DNA of 64,000 bases from an uncultured Candidatus Rokubacteria bacterium (GTDB lineage Bacteria > Methylomirabilota > Methylomirabilia > Rokubacteriales > CSP1-6). Position 1 is the first letter of the stretch. Every line of letters starts with the position of its first letter. This document shows, one piece after another, positions 1 through 9,775 of this stretch. Made by a program: the position numbers and the translations under genes. Location: assembly GCA_963841755.1 (NCBI GenBank), contig CAWJDX010000005.1:6830-70829 (forward strand), in the 5' to 3' direction. The notes below the pieces were generated by a model, which was not told where the DNA came from, did no database searches, and saw nothing but the letters and a program-made list of their open reading frames with translations.

Positions 1-2
1 AG

Positions 3-875
3 TTCGTCCTGGAAGCGCTCGACCTGCCCAAGGACGCGGCGCGGCCCTTCCGGGCCCAGGCCATCGAGCAGCTCCGGCGCCTGGCCCCGCCCCCGGAGGC
101 GGTCGGCCTCGCCCTCGCCCCGATCGCGGACGACGAGCCGCTCGCGATCAGCCACCGGCAGGTGGACGACTACGAGACGTGCCCGCTCAAGTACCAGTAC
201 ATCCACATCCTGCGCATCCCGCTCCGGCAGCACCACTCGGTGGTCTACGGCAGCGCGCTCCACAACGCGGTCGAGTTCTACCTGCGCCGTCGCGCGGCCG
301 GCAACTACACCTCGCTCGAGGACTTCCTGCGCGCGTTCGACGACGCGTGGCGGAACGAGGGCTTTCTCACCCGCGAGCACGAGGAGCAGCGCAAGCGGGC
401 GGGGGTGGCCGCGCTGACCCGCTTCTACCACGAGGAGGAGGCCTCCGGGCAGAAGCCCACCGACGTGGAGCGCGAGTTCGGGTTCAACCTCGGCCTCAAC
501 CGGGTCCGCGGGCGCTTCGACCGGGTCGACGAGACGCCCGAGGGTCTCGTGATCGTCGACTACAAGTCGAGCGACGTGACCGACCAGAAGAAGGCGGACC
601 AGCGCGCGAGGGAGAGCCTCCAGCTCAAGATCTACGCGCTGGCCCAGCACGAGATGACCGGGCGGCTGCCCGCGCGGGTGGAGCTGCGCTTCCTCGAGTC
701 CGGCCTCACCGGGCGGCACACGCCCACGCTGGACGACCTGGTGACCGCGCGGGACGCCATCGAGGCGGCGGCGCGCGGCATCCGGCAGCGGGAGTTCGAG
801 GCGACGCCCGACTATCAGGCCTGCCGCTACTGCCCGTACAATCAGATCTGCCCCAGCACCGCGACCCAGGAGTGA
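3..875 (+). CDS. C-terminal part of a helicase/nuclease: PD-(D/E)XK (Cas4/AddB-type) nuclease domain with 4-Cys cluster; 5' end lies outside the window
   Basis: The frame is open from base 3 to TGA 873-875. Motifs seen are YETCPLKY...IVDYKS...QLKIYA...CRYCPYNQIC (C...CxxCx5C), typical of RecB-family Fe-S nuclease domains at helicase C-termini. Confidence 0.7.
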   Translation, partial: FVLEALDLPKDAARPFRAQAIEQLRRLAPPPEAVGLALAPIADDEPLAISHRQVDDYETCPLKYQYIHILRIPLRQHHSVVYGSALHNAVEFYLRRRAAGNYTSLEDFLRAFDDAWRNEGFLTREHEEQRKRAGVAALTRFYHEEEASGQKPTDVEREFGFNLGLNRVRGRFDRVDETPEGLVIVDYKSSDVTDQKKADQRARESLQLKIYALAQHEMTGRLPARVELRFLESGLTGRHTPTLDDLVTARDAIEAAARGIRQREFEATPDYQACRYCPYNQICPSTATQE

Positions 876-883
876 ACTCCAGA

Positions 884-919
884 CACCCTCTTCCCGCCGG
901 GGAGAGGGCAGGGTGAGGG
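884..919. repeat. REP-like palindromic intergenic element, copy A (hairpin CCCTCTTCCC-gcc-GGGGAGAGGG plus CAGGGTGAGGG tail); probable terminator
   Basis: A 10-bp stem (886-895 pairing with 899-908) lies between stop 875 and start 924. Its reverse complement matches 33 of 37 nt of the element at 20787-20836. Confidence 0.6.
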
Positions 920-923
920 CAAC

Positions 924-1724
924 ATGAAGCTCAACGCCAACGGCATCGACATCAACTACGAGATCGAGGGCGACGGCCCGGTGGTGACCTTCAGCCACTC
1001 GCTGGCCTGCAACCTCTCCATGTGGGACGAGCAGGTGCGCGCCCTCCGGAGCCGCTACCGCGTGCTGCGCTACGACACGCGCGGCCACGGACAGACCGGC
1101 GCGCCCGCGGGCGCCTACACCCTCGACCAGCTCGCGGACGACCTGAAAGGCCTGCTCGACGGGCTCGGCATCGCGGCCACCCACTTCGTCGGGCTCTCGA
1201 TGGGCGGCATGATCGGGCAGGTCTTCGCGCTGAAGCACCCGGCCATGGTCCAGAGCCTCGTGCTCTGCGACACCACGAGCCGCTACCCTCAGGGCGCGGC
1301 CGCGGTGTGGGAGGAGCGCATCAAGACGGTGGGGGCCAAGGGCATGGAGCCGATGGTCGCGCCCACCCTCGAGCGGTGGTTCACCGCCCCGTTCCGGGCG
1401 CGCCGGAAGGACCTGATGGACAAGGTCGGCGCCATGATCCGCAGCACGCCCGCGGCGGGCTACGTCGGCTGCTGCCACGCGCTGCCCAAGATCAACGTCA
1501 CCGAGCGCCTCCGCGACGTCCGCTGCCCCGCCCTCGTGATCGTCGGCGAGGAGGACCCCGGCACGCCGGTCGACATGGCGCGCGACATCCACGCGGCCCT
1601 GCCGGTGGCCGAGCTCGCGGTGCTGTGCCGCGCGTCGCACCTGTCGAACGTCGAGCAGCCCGGCGAGTTCAACCGCGCGCTCGGCGGCTTCCTCGACAAG
1701 GTGAGCGGGCGGACGAAGCTGTAG
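924..1724 (+). CDS. alpha/beta-fold hydrolase, 3-oxoadipate enol-lactonase-like
   Basis: 266-aa ORF with the nucleophile elbow GLSMGG and an HSLACN...YDTRGHG N-terminal pattern. Confidence 0.75.
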   Translation: MKLNANGIDINYEIEGDGPVVTFSHSLACNLSMWDEQVRALRSRYRVLRYDTRGHGQTGAPAGAYTLDQLADDLKGLLDGLGIAATHFVGLSMGGMIGQVFALKHPAMVQSLVLCDTTSRYPQGAAAVWEERIKTVGAKGMEPMVAPTLERWFTAPFRARRKDLMDKVGAMIRSTPAAGYVGCCHALPKINVTERLRDVRCPALVIVGEEDPGTPVDMARDIHAALPVAELAVLCRASHLSNVEQPGEFNRALGGFLDKVSGRTKL

Positions 1725-1741
1725 CGACGCCGCCCCGCTCC

Positions 1742-3454
1742 ATGCCCGCGGCCCGATCAGCGGCGGCCGTCGTCCGACAGACCCGCCTCTGGTTGGGCCT
1801 CGTGCTGTTCACGTACCTCACCACTCACTTCCTGAATCACGCGCTCGGCCTGATCTCGATCGACGCGATGCTGGCCGGGCGCGAGTGGTTCGTCCTGCTC
1901 TGGCGCAGCTACCTGGGGACGCTCGCGCTCTACACCGCGCTCGTCGGCCATCTCTCGCTCGCCTACTGGTCGCTCTACCGCCGGCGCACCCTGCGCATGC
2001 CGGGGTGGGAGGCGCTGCAGCTCTCGCTCGGCCTGACCATCCCGCTGCTGATCGTCTGGCACATCGTCGGCACGCGGCTGGCCCACGAGGTGGCGGGGAC
2101 GCGGGACACCTACACCCTCGTGGTGCTCTCCCTCTGGAAGCTCGATCCGGTGGCGGGGCTGCGGCAGGCCATCGCGCTCGTCGTCGCGTGGCTGCACGGC
2201 TGCGTGGGCCTGCACTTCTGGCTGCGGCTGCGGCCGTGGTACGCGCGCTACTCGCGCACGATCTACAGCGGGTTCCTGCTCCTTCCGGTGCTGGCCCTGC
2301 TGGGCTTCGCGGAGGCGGGCCGCGAGATCACCCGGCTCGCCGAGGACCCCGCGTTCGTTCCGCGCGTGCTCGCGGCCGCGCACCTGCCCAGCCCGGATCA
2401 GCGCGTGGTGCTCGGGCGGGTCTCGCGCGGGATCTTCTGGGGTCACCTCGGGATGATCGCGCTGGTCCTCGCGGTGCGCGCCGGGCGCGAGCACGTCCGC
2501 CGCCGGCAGGGCGTGCGGGTGACCTATCCGGGCGGGCGCGAGGTGCTGGTTCCCGCCGGCTTCACCATTCTCGAGGCGAGCCGCTTCGCCGGGATCCCCC
2601 ACGCCTCCGTCTGCGGCGGGCGGGGCCGCTGCTCGACGTGCCGGGTCCGGGTGATCCGCGGCGGGGAGCACCTGCCCCCCGCGACCGCGGAGGAGCTGCG
2701 CGTGCTGGGGCGGGTGGGCGCCCCCGCCCACGTGCGCCTGGCCTGCCAGGTGCGGCCGCGACGCGACCTCACGGTGGTGCCGCTCGTGCCGGCGAGCGCC
2801 GGGCCCGGCGACGCGGTCGGAATGGGGGACCATCGCGAGGGCCGCGAGGTCACGATCGCGGTGCTCTTCGCGGACCTGCGGGGCTTCACGCGGCTGGCCG
2901 AGCGCAAGCTCCCCTACGACGTGGTGTTCATCCTCAACCGTTACTTCGAGGCGGTCGGCGGCGCCATCACCGACGTGGGCGGCATCGTGAACCAGTTCAC
3001 CGGCGATGGGGTCATGGCGCTCTTCGGGGTGGACAGCGGACCCGAGGAAGGCTGCCGCCAGGCGGTGCGCGCGGCCGCGGGCATGGTGGCGCGCGTGCAC
3101 GAGCTGAGCCGGACGCTGACCGACGATCTGGCGGCCCCGCTCCGCCTCGGCATCGGCATCCACACCGGCGCCGCCGTGGTCGGGCGGATGGGCTACGCCA
3201 CCACCACGTATCTCACCGCGGTGGGGGACACCGTGCACGTGGCGGCGCGTCTCGAGGCCCTCACCAAGGACTACGGCTGCGACCTGGTGCTCTCCGAGGA
3301 GGTCGCGGTGCGCGCCGGCCTCGACGTCTCGGATCACGCCCGTCACGAGCTCACGGTGCGCAACCGCGAGGCTCCCCTGGCGATCTTCGTGGTCCCGAGC
3401 GCGGGGCGCCTCGCCGAGCGACTGGCGGTCGGCGGTGATAGAGTCGGCGCATGA
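1742..3454 (+). CDS. membrane-anchored class III adenylate/guanylate cyclase with an internal plant-type 2Fe-2S ferredoxin domain
   Basis: ATG 1742 lies within the long ORF 1022..3454. The N-terminus has His-rich TM helices. The ferredoxin motif is CGGRGRCSTCRV...LACQ. The cyclase core is AVLFADLRGFT...FTGDGVMALFG...GIHTG. Confidence 0.8.
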   Translation: MPAARSAAAVVRQTRLWLGLVLFTYLTTHFLNHALGLISIDAMLAGREWFVLLWRSYLGTLALYTALVGHLSLAYWSLYRRRTLRMPGWEALQLSLGLTIPLLIVWHIVGTRLAHEVAGTRDTYTLVVLSLWKLDPVAGLRQAIALVVAWLHGCVGLHFWLRLRPWYARYSRTIYSGFLLLPVLALLGFAEAGREITRLAEDPAFVPRVLAAAHLPSPDQRVVLGRVSRGIFWGHLGMIALVLAVRAGREHVRRRQGVRVTYPGGREVLVPAGFTILEASRFAGIPHASVCGGRGRCSTCRVRVIRGGEHLPPATAEELRVLGRVGAPAHVRLACQVRPRRDLTVVPLVPASAGPGDAVGMGDHREGREVTIAVLFADLRGFTRLAERKLPYDVVFILNRYFEAVGGAITDVGGIVNQFTGDGVMALFGVDSGPEEGCRQAVRAAAGMVARVHELSRTLTDDLAAPLRLGIGIHTGAAVVGRMGYATTTYLTAVGDTVHVAARLEALTKDYGCDLVLSEEVAVRAGLDVSDHARHELTVRNREAPLAIFVVPSAGRLAERLAVGGDRVGA

Positions 3455-4239
3455 GCTCCCATGGCCAGGGGGGACGGCCGGCCGGGCCGAGCGCGCCCGA
3501 GCCCAGCTTCGGCGAGCAGGCGCGCACGCTGGTGCACCTCGCGCCCTCCGGCACCCTGGGCACGCTCTCGCGCCGCCATCCCGGCCACCCCTTCGTGTCG
3601 GTGATGCCGTACGCGCCCGACGATCGCGGCCGGCCGCTGGTCCTGATCAGCGGGCTCGCGATGCACACCCAGAACCTCGACGCCGATCCGCGCGCGAGCC
3701 TGCTCGTGGTGCAGGCGGGCCACGAGGATCCGCTCGCGATGGCCCGCGTCACGCTCATGGGTCGGGCCCAGCGCCTGCCCGCGGCCGACCGCGCGGCGGC
3801 CCGCGAGGCGTACCTGGCGCGCCACCCGAACGCGGTGCACTGGGTCGACTACGGGGACTTCGCGTTCTGGCGTCTCGACCTGACCGACATCTACTTCGTC
3901 GGCGGCTTCGGGGCCATGGACTGGCTCACCGTCGAGGGCTACGAGGCGGCCCGGCCGGATCCGCTCGCCGACGCCGCGCCGGGCATCATCGAGCACATGA
4001 ACCGGGACCACGCCGACGCGCTGATCCTCTATGCTCGGGTGCTGGGCCCGGTCGCCGCCGACGCGGCCGAGATGGTCGCGGTGGACCGCCTCGGCTTCAA
4101 GCTCCGCGTCCGGGCGGGGGACGGGCTCGAGGGCTGCCGGATCGGCTTCCCGCGCGAGGTGACCGACACCGGGCAGTGCCGCCGGGTGCTGATCGAGATG
4201 GTCGAGGAGTGCCGGAAGCGAGTGGGCTCCGGCGTATGA
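3451..4239 (+). CDS. HugZ/HutZ-like heme-utilisation protein (pyridoxamine-5'-phosphate-oxidase fold plus DUF2470-like C-terminus)
   Basis: 262-aa ORF whose ATGA overlaps the cyclase stop. Patterns seen are GTLGTL...HPFVSVMPYA...ASLLV and C-terminal HMNRDHADAL. Confidence 0.6.
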   Translation: MSSHGQGGRPAGPSAPEPSFGEQARTLVHLAPSGTLGTLSRRHPGHPFVSVMPYAPDDRGRPLVLISGLAMHTQNLDADPRASLLVVQAGHEDPLAMARVTLMGRAQRLPAADRAAAREAYLARHPNAVHWVDYGDFAFWRLDLTDIYFVGGFGAMDWLTVEGYEAARPDPLADAAPGIIEHMNRDHADALILYARVLGPVAADAAEMVAVDRLGFKLRVRAGDGLEGCRIGFPREVTDTGQCRRVLIEMVEECRKRVGSGV

Positions 4240-4266
4240 AGGCCCAATAGCCAAGGAGAGACGCGC

Positions 4267-5142
4267 ATGCCACGCCACATCAAAGTCGCCGCCGCGCAGA
4301 TGGGCCCCAACAACGAGGGGACGAGCCGCGAGGAGATCGTCGAGCGCATGCTGGCCCTGCTCGAGCGGGCCGTCGCGGAGGACGTCGAGATCCTGGCCTA
4401 TCCCGAGATGGCGCTGACGACCTATTTCCCCAAGCGGGTCCGGGACGACTTCGATCAGTTCTTCGAGACCGAGATGCCGCCCAAGGCGCTGGCCCCGCTG
4501 CTCCAGCGGGCGCGCGAGGCGCGCATCGCTTGCCACGTGGGGTTCTGCGAGAAGGACCAGGGGCGCTACTTCAACACCGCGCTGCTCACCGACGAGACGG
4601 GCCACCTGGCCGGGACGTTCAGGAAGATCCATCTTCCGGGCGCGAAGCAGCCCGACGGGCACGCGCAGGTCTACGAGCCCCACTTCTTCGAGTCGGGCAA
4701 CAGCGGCTACCGCGTGTTCGACGCCGCGAAGGCCAAGGTCGGCATCGCGATCTGCCAGGACCGGCGCTTCCCCGAGTCCTACCGCAGCCTGGGCCTGCTG
4801 GGCGCCGAGATCGTGCTGATCGGCTACAACACCCCGCTCTCGCCGCTGGCGCTGGATCTGAACGAGCTGTGCCTGCGCGCGGGCGCCTACCAGAACAACC
4901 TCTTCGTGGTCGGCATCGCCAAGGCCGGAATCGAGGACGGCATGGAGCTGATCGGCGGGTCCTGCATCGTGAGCCCGATGGGGCAGGTGCTGGCCAAGGC
5001 GGCCACCACCGGCGACGAGCTGATCGCGGCCCGGATCGACCTCGACACGATGACCCCCGCGCGCAAGCGCTGGGACTTCCTCGGCCGCCGGCATCCCGAG
5101 CACTACGGTTTGCTCACCCAGCCCACGAAGCGAGGCGCGTGA
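4267..5142 (+). CDS. carbon-nitrogen hydrolase, N-carbamoyl-D-amino-acid hydrolase-like
   Basis: 291-aa ORF with nitrilase-superfamily catalytic context (YPEMALTTYF, FRKIHLPG, AICQDRRFPE). Confidence 0.8.
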   Translation: MPRHIKVAAAQMGPNNEGTSREEIVERMLALLERAVAEDVEILAYPEMALTTYFPKRVRDDFDQFFETEMPPKALAPLLQRAREARIACHVGFCEKDQGRYFNTALLTDETGHLAGTFRKIHLPGAKQPDGHAQVYEPHFFESGNSGYRVFDAAKAKVGIAICQDRRFPESYRSLGLLGAEIVLIGYNTPLSPLALDLNELCLRAGAYQNNLFVVGIAKAGIEDGMELIGGSCIVSPMGQVLAKAATTGDELIAARIDLDTMTPARKRWDFLGRRHPEHYGLLTQPTKRGA

Positions 5143-6564
5143 TGCCCGCGGAGAGTGTCGACCTGCTGGTCCGCGGGGGGCGCGTCGTCACGTCCACCGA
5201 GGTGCTCGAGACCGCGGTGGCGGTGAAGGGCGGCAAGATCGTGGCCGCTGGGCGCGGAGGCGATGCTGCCGTCCGCGGAGCGGACGATCGACGCCACCGG
5301 CAAGTACGTGCTGCCCGGCCTCATGGACTGCCACGTCCACCTGGGCGCGGTCTACGACGACTGGCACACCGGCCCGGTGGCGGCGGCCCACGCCGGCCTC
5401 ACCTCGCTGCTGTCCTTCGTGGAGTACGACGACCAGGCGAAGGAGACCCTGCCCCAGGCGCTCAAGCGGCTGCGCGACGAGGCGGGCTCGCAGTCGGTGG
5501 TCGACTTCGGCTTCCACTTCATCCTGAACAATCAGCCCTACATCCTCGACGGGCTGGCCGAGGCCTTCGAGCAGGGCGTCAGCTCGTACAAGATCTTCAT
5601 GACCTACAAGAAGCGGCCGAACCGCATGTGCTCGGACGAGTTCATCGCCCAGGTCATGGAGAAGATCGCGGCGCTGGGCGGCGTCTGCCAGCTCCACTGC
5701 GAGAACGGCGACATCCTCTACCACCTCGAGAACAAGTCGATCGCGGCGGGCAAGGTGAAGCCCACCGACTTTCCCGCGACGTGCCCGCCGTGGACCGAGG
5801 AGGAGGCGATCAACCGCGCGATCCTCATCGGTGAGATGACCAAGTGCCCGGTCTACGTGGTCCACCTCTCGACGAAGGTCGGGCTGGAGCGGATCAAGGC
5901 CGCGCAGGCGCGCGGGCAGCGGGTCTGGACCGAGACCTGCCCGCAGTACCTGCTGCTGACCGAGAAGGAGATGGAGGCGTGGGGCCCGCTCGCCAAGATC
6001 GGGCCGCCGCTCCGGCCGGTGGGGGGCGGCGACGGCGACGCGCTCTGGGGCGGCAGCCGCGAGGGCTACATCGCCACCGTGGCCAGCGACCACTCGCCGC
6101 GGCGCAAGGAGCTGAAGGAGCCGGGCTGGAAGAACATCTTCGTGGACGGCAAGGGCAACCCGGTCCCGTTCGGCAGCCCGTCGATCGAGACGCTGGTGCC
6201 GCTCATGTGGAGCGAGGGCGTGGTGAAGCGCGGCCTGCCGGTGACGTGGCTGGCCCGCGTGATGGCGGAGAACCCGGCGCGCATCTTCGGGCTCTATCCG
6301 CGAAAAGGCGCCATCCGGGTGGGCGCCGATGCCGATCTCACCATCATCGATCCCGACGCGGACGGGACGATCCAGGTGGCCGACCATCACGGCGTCGCGG
6401 GCTGGACGCTCTACGAGGGCTGGAAGTCGAAGGGGCGCCCCTGGATGACGGTGCTGCGCGGCCAGGTGCTGCTGAACCAGGGCCGCCTCGAGCAGAAGCC
6501 GGGCTACGGGCAGTTCCTCGCGCGGACCGGACCGGTGGCGCCGCTCGGCGGGACGGCCGGGTAG
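5142..6564 (+). pseudogene. dihydropyrimidinase/D-hydantoinase, frameshifted as sequenced (extra base near 5253)
   Basis: The N-terminus MPAESVDLLVRGGRVV...GGKIVAAG is in frame 0 from ATG 5142 (overlapping stop 5140-5142). The rest, AEAMLPSAERTIDATGKYVLPGLMDCHVHL..., is in frame +1 (ORF 5263..6564). Confidence 0.85.
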
Positions 6565-6580
6565 GGGAGCCGCCGGCCGC

Positions 6581-7927
6581 ATGGACTATCTGGACCGGCT
6601 CGCCGCGTTCGTCGAGGCGGTGAGCCTGGATCGCCTGCCGGAGGAGGCGGTCCAGGCGGCGCGCCTGGTGCTGCTCGACACGATCGGCGCGATGGTGGCC
6701 GGCAGCGCCCAGCCGGAGAACCGACGGCTCGCCGCCGCCATGCACGAGCGCCGGTCGCGCGCCGGCGCGACTCTCGTGGGCCACGGCGGCCGGGTGGACC
6801 CGCTGCTGGCCACGTTCGCCAACGCCACCGCCGGCGTCGCGCTCGAGGTGGACGAGGGCAGCCGGCTCGGTGGCGGTCATCCCGCGATCCACGTGGTCCC
6901 GGCCGCCCTCGCGGTGGCCGAGGACACCGGGGCCGACGGGCGCCGGCTGCTCGAGAGCGTCATCGCCGGCTACGAGGTCTGCTCCCGGCTCGGCAGCGCG
7001 ACCACGCTGAAGCCGAACGTCCACTCCCACGGGACGTGGGGCACCATCGGCACCGCGGTGGCGGTGGCCCGGCTGGCCGGGCTCGACGCGGCCGCCGTCC
7101 GCTCGGTGATCAATCTCGCCGCGAGCATGAGCCCGGCCAACACCTGGACCACCGCGCTCGAGGGCGTGACGATCCGCAACGCGTATCCGGGGCGCTCGGG
7201 GCTCGAGGGCATCCTCGCGGTCGATCTCCACCGCGCCGGCTTCACCGGCCTGACCGACGCGCCGAGCGACGTGTACGGCACGATCCTCGCCGACCGCTTC
7301 GAGCCCGAGCGCGCGCTCGACGGCCTGGGCGGGCCGCTGCGCATCCAGCAGAATTACTTCAAGCTCTACGCCTGCTGTCGCTACAACCATTTCGCGCTGG
7401 ACGCGCTGCTCGCGATGACGCGGGCCGGGGAGGTGCGGGCCGACGAGGTCGAGCGTGTGATCGTGACCACGATCCCGTTCGGCCCGCGGATGGCCGGCGC
7501 CGCGCCGGCCTCGATGCTGGGCGCCAAGTTCTCCATCCCGTACGCGGTGGCCGCCGCGCTCGTCCTCGGCCGCGCCGACGTCTCGGCCTTCGTGGAGCCC
7601 GCCCTCGGCGACCCGCGCATCCGGACCCTCGCCGCCCGCGTCGAGGTGCGGGTGGATCCGGAGATGTCGCCCCGGCGCGCCGACGCCCCGACCGCGCGGG
7701 TCGAGGTCGCGCTCAAGGACGGGCGCGCGCTCACCGGGGTGACCAGCGTGGTGCGCGGCGACTTCGAGGATCCGGTGCCGGCCGAGGAAGTCGTGGAGAA
7801 GTTCGTCGCGCTGGCCTCGGCGCCGCTCGGTCCAGGGCGCGCGCGGGAGGTGGTCGGCCTCGTCGGGCAGGCCGAGAAGCTCAAGGACGTGCGCGACCTG
7901 ACCGCGTTGCTCGCCCCGCGGGCCTGA
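6581..7927 (+). CDS. MmgE/PrpD family protein (2-methylcitrate dehydratase-like)
   Basis: 448-aa ORF. The N-terminus LAAFV...LPEEAVQAARLVLLDTIGAMVAGS is typical of PrpD-family proteins. Confidence 0.75.
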   Translation: MDYLDRLAAFVEAVSLDRLPEEAVQAARLVLLDTIGAMVAGSAQPENRRLAAAMHERRSRAGATLVGHGGRVDPLLATFANATAGVALEVDEGSRLGGGHPAIHVVPAALAVAEDTGADGRRLLESVIAGYEVCSRLGSATTLKPNVHSHGTWGTIGTAVAVARLAGLDAAAVRSVINLAASMSPANTWTTALEGVTIRNAYPGRSGLEGILAVDLHRAGFTGLTDAPSDVYGTILADRFEPERALDGLGGPLRIQQNYFKLYACCRYNHFALDALLAMTRAGEVRADEVERVIVTTIPFGPRMAGAAPASMLGAKFSIPYAVAAALVLGRADVSAFVEPALGDPRIRTLAARVEVRVDPEMSPRRADAPTARVEVALKDGRALTGVTSVVRGDFEDPVPAEEVVEKFVALASAPLGPGRAREVVGLVGQAEKLKDVRDLTALLAPRA

Positions 7928-7967
7928 GCTCTCAGGGCCGCCGTCTCCGCCTCCGCCTCTCCAGCGG

Positions 7968-8813
7968 CTAGTAGTCCTTGGGGTCGAGCAGGTCGCGGAC
8001 GCCGTCGCCGGCCAGGTTGAACGACAGCGTCAGCGAGAAGATCGCGAGGCCGGGCCACCAGGCCATCCACGGCGCGGTCTCGAGGAACTGCTGGGCGGTG
8101 TTGAGCATGGTGCCCCAGCTCGGCGTCGGCGGCTGCACGCCCAGACCCAGGAACGAGAGGATGGCCTCCGCGATGATGGCGGCCGGGATCGACACGGTGG
8201 CCTGCACGAGCAGGGCGCTCACGATGTTGGGCAGGATGTGGCGGAGGATCGTCCGCGGCCCGCCCGCGCCGAGCGCGCGCGCCGCCTGCACGTACTCCTC
8301 CTCGCGCGTCCCGAGCACGAGCCCCCGGGTGAGCCGGATGAAGGTGGGCGTGGCCGCGAGGCCGATGGCCACCGTCGCGTTGGTGAGCGAGGCCCCCATG
8401 ATCGTCACGAGGCCGATCGCCAGGATCAGGAACGGGAAGGCGAGCCAGGCGTCGGTCAGCCGCATGATGAGCTGGTCGATGACGCCGCCGCTCCAGTACC
8501 CGGCCACGAGGCCGGCCGGCACCCCGATCGCGATCGCGAGCACGATCGAGAACACGCCCGCCTGCATCGAGATGCGGGTGCCCCAGACCACGCGGGAGAA
8601 GTTGTCGCGGCCGAGGTCGTCGGTGCCGAACGGGTTCGCGGCGGTCGGCGCCTTGCGGATCTTGCCGTAGTCGGAGCGCTGCGGATCCGACGTCGCGATC
8701 CACGGGGCCCCGACCGCGAGGGCCACGAAGAAGAGCACGACCAGCCCGCCCACCACCGCGGGCGGGCGCCGCCACAGCCGCCGCCAGAGCCGCCCGCCCC
8801 GCTCAGCCGCCAC
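7968..8813 (-). CDS. ABC transporter permease (peptide/nickel, DppC-like)
   Basis: 281-aa multi-TM ORF with the EAA-loop-like region YVQAARALGAGGPRTILRHILPN. Confidence 0.85.
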   Translation of the reverse strand: MAAERGGRLWRRLWRRPPAVVGGLVVLFFVALAVGAPWIATSDPQRSDYGKIRKAPTAANPFGTDDLGRDNFSRVVWGTRISMQAGVFSIVLAIAIGVPAGLVAGYWSGGVIDQLIMRLTDAWLAFPFLILAIGLVTIMGASLTNATVAIGLAATPTFIRLTRGLVLGTREEEYVQAARALGAGGPRTILRHILPNIVSALLVQATVSIPAAIIAEAILSFLGLGVQPPTPSWGTMLNTAQQFLETAPWMAWWPGLAIFSLTLSFNLAGDGVRDLLDPKDY

Positions 8814-9765
8814 TCGCGGCCCCTCCGATGCGGATGCGCGGGTTCAGCAGGGAGTAGGAGAGGTCCACCAGCAGGTTGACCAGGACGTAGGTGCTGGCGG
8901 TGATCAGCACCACGCCCTGCACGAGGGGGTAGTCGCGGGTGAACACCGACTCCACGATCAGCCGCCCGAAGCCGGGTACCACGAAGATCGATTCGGTGAC
9001 CACCGCGCCGCCCATGAGCGCGCCGGTCTGGAGGCCGAGGATCGTGACCACCGGGATCAGCCCGTTGCGGAAGGCGTGGCGGAGGATGACCGCGCGGCCG
9101 GCCAGCCCCTTGCTCCACGCGGTGCGGATGTAGTCCGCGCTCAGGATCTCGATCATGCTGTTGCGCGTCTGCCGCATCAGCACCGCCGCGAGGCCGTTCC
9201 CCAGCACGAACGCGGGCATCAGCATGCGCCGGAGGTTGGCCCCCAGGTCCTCCCACGGCGGCACGAAGCCGGAGGCGGGGAGCCAGTGCAGCCGCACCGA
9301 CAGGAGCAGGATCAGCATGAGCCCGAGCCAGAAGCTCGGCACCGAGAGGCCGCAGAGCGAGACCGCGTTGACGAGGAAATCCCACACCGTGTTGCGGCGG
9401 ACCGCGGAGAAGATGCCGGAGGGGATCGCGATGCCGAGGGCGATCAGGAGCGACAGGCCGGCCAGCTCCATCGTGATCGGCAGCTTGCGGGCCACCGTCC
9501 ACACCACCGACTCGCGGGTGCGGATCGACTCGCCGAGATCGCCCCGCAGCGCGAGCCCGACCCAGCGCAGGTACTGCACCGCGATCGGCGCGTCGAGCCC
9601 GTACTTCTGGCGGATCTCGGCGAGCCCGGCCGCGTCGGCGTCGGTGCCGCCCATGACGCGGGCCGGGTCGCCGGGGATCATGCGGACGCCGGTGAAGACG
9701 ATCAGGCTGATCACGAACAGGGTCACGATCGAGATCGCGACCCGCCGGATCAGGAAGTCGAGCAC
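8803..9765 (-). CDS. ABC transporter permease (peptide/nickel, DppB-like)
   Basis: 320-aa ORF. It starts MLDFLIRRV...TLFVISLIVF and contains YIRTAWSKGL. Confidence 0.85.
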   Translation of the reverse strand: MLDFLIRRVAISIVTLFVISLIVFTGVRMIPGDPARVMGGTDADAAGLAEIRQKYGLDAPIAVQYLRWVGLALRGDLGESIRTRESVVWTVARKLPITMELAGLSLLIALGIAIPSGIFSAVRRNTVWDFLVNAVSLCGLSVPSFWLGLMLILLLSVRLHWLPASGFVPPWEDLGANLRRMLMPAFVLGNGLAAVLMRQTRNSMIEILSADYIRTAWSKGLAGRAVILRHAFRNGLIPVVTILGLQTGALMGGAVVTESIFVVPGFGRLIVESVFTRDYPLVQGVVLITASTYVLVNLLVDLSYSLLNPRIRIGGAASGG

Positions 9766-9775
9766 CGGGGCCCGC

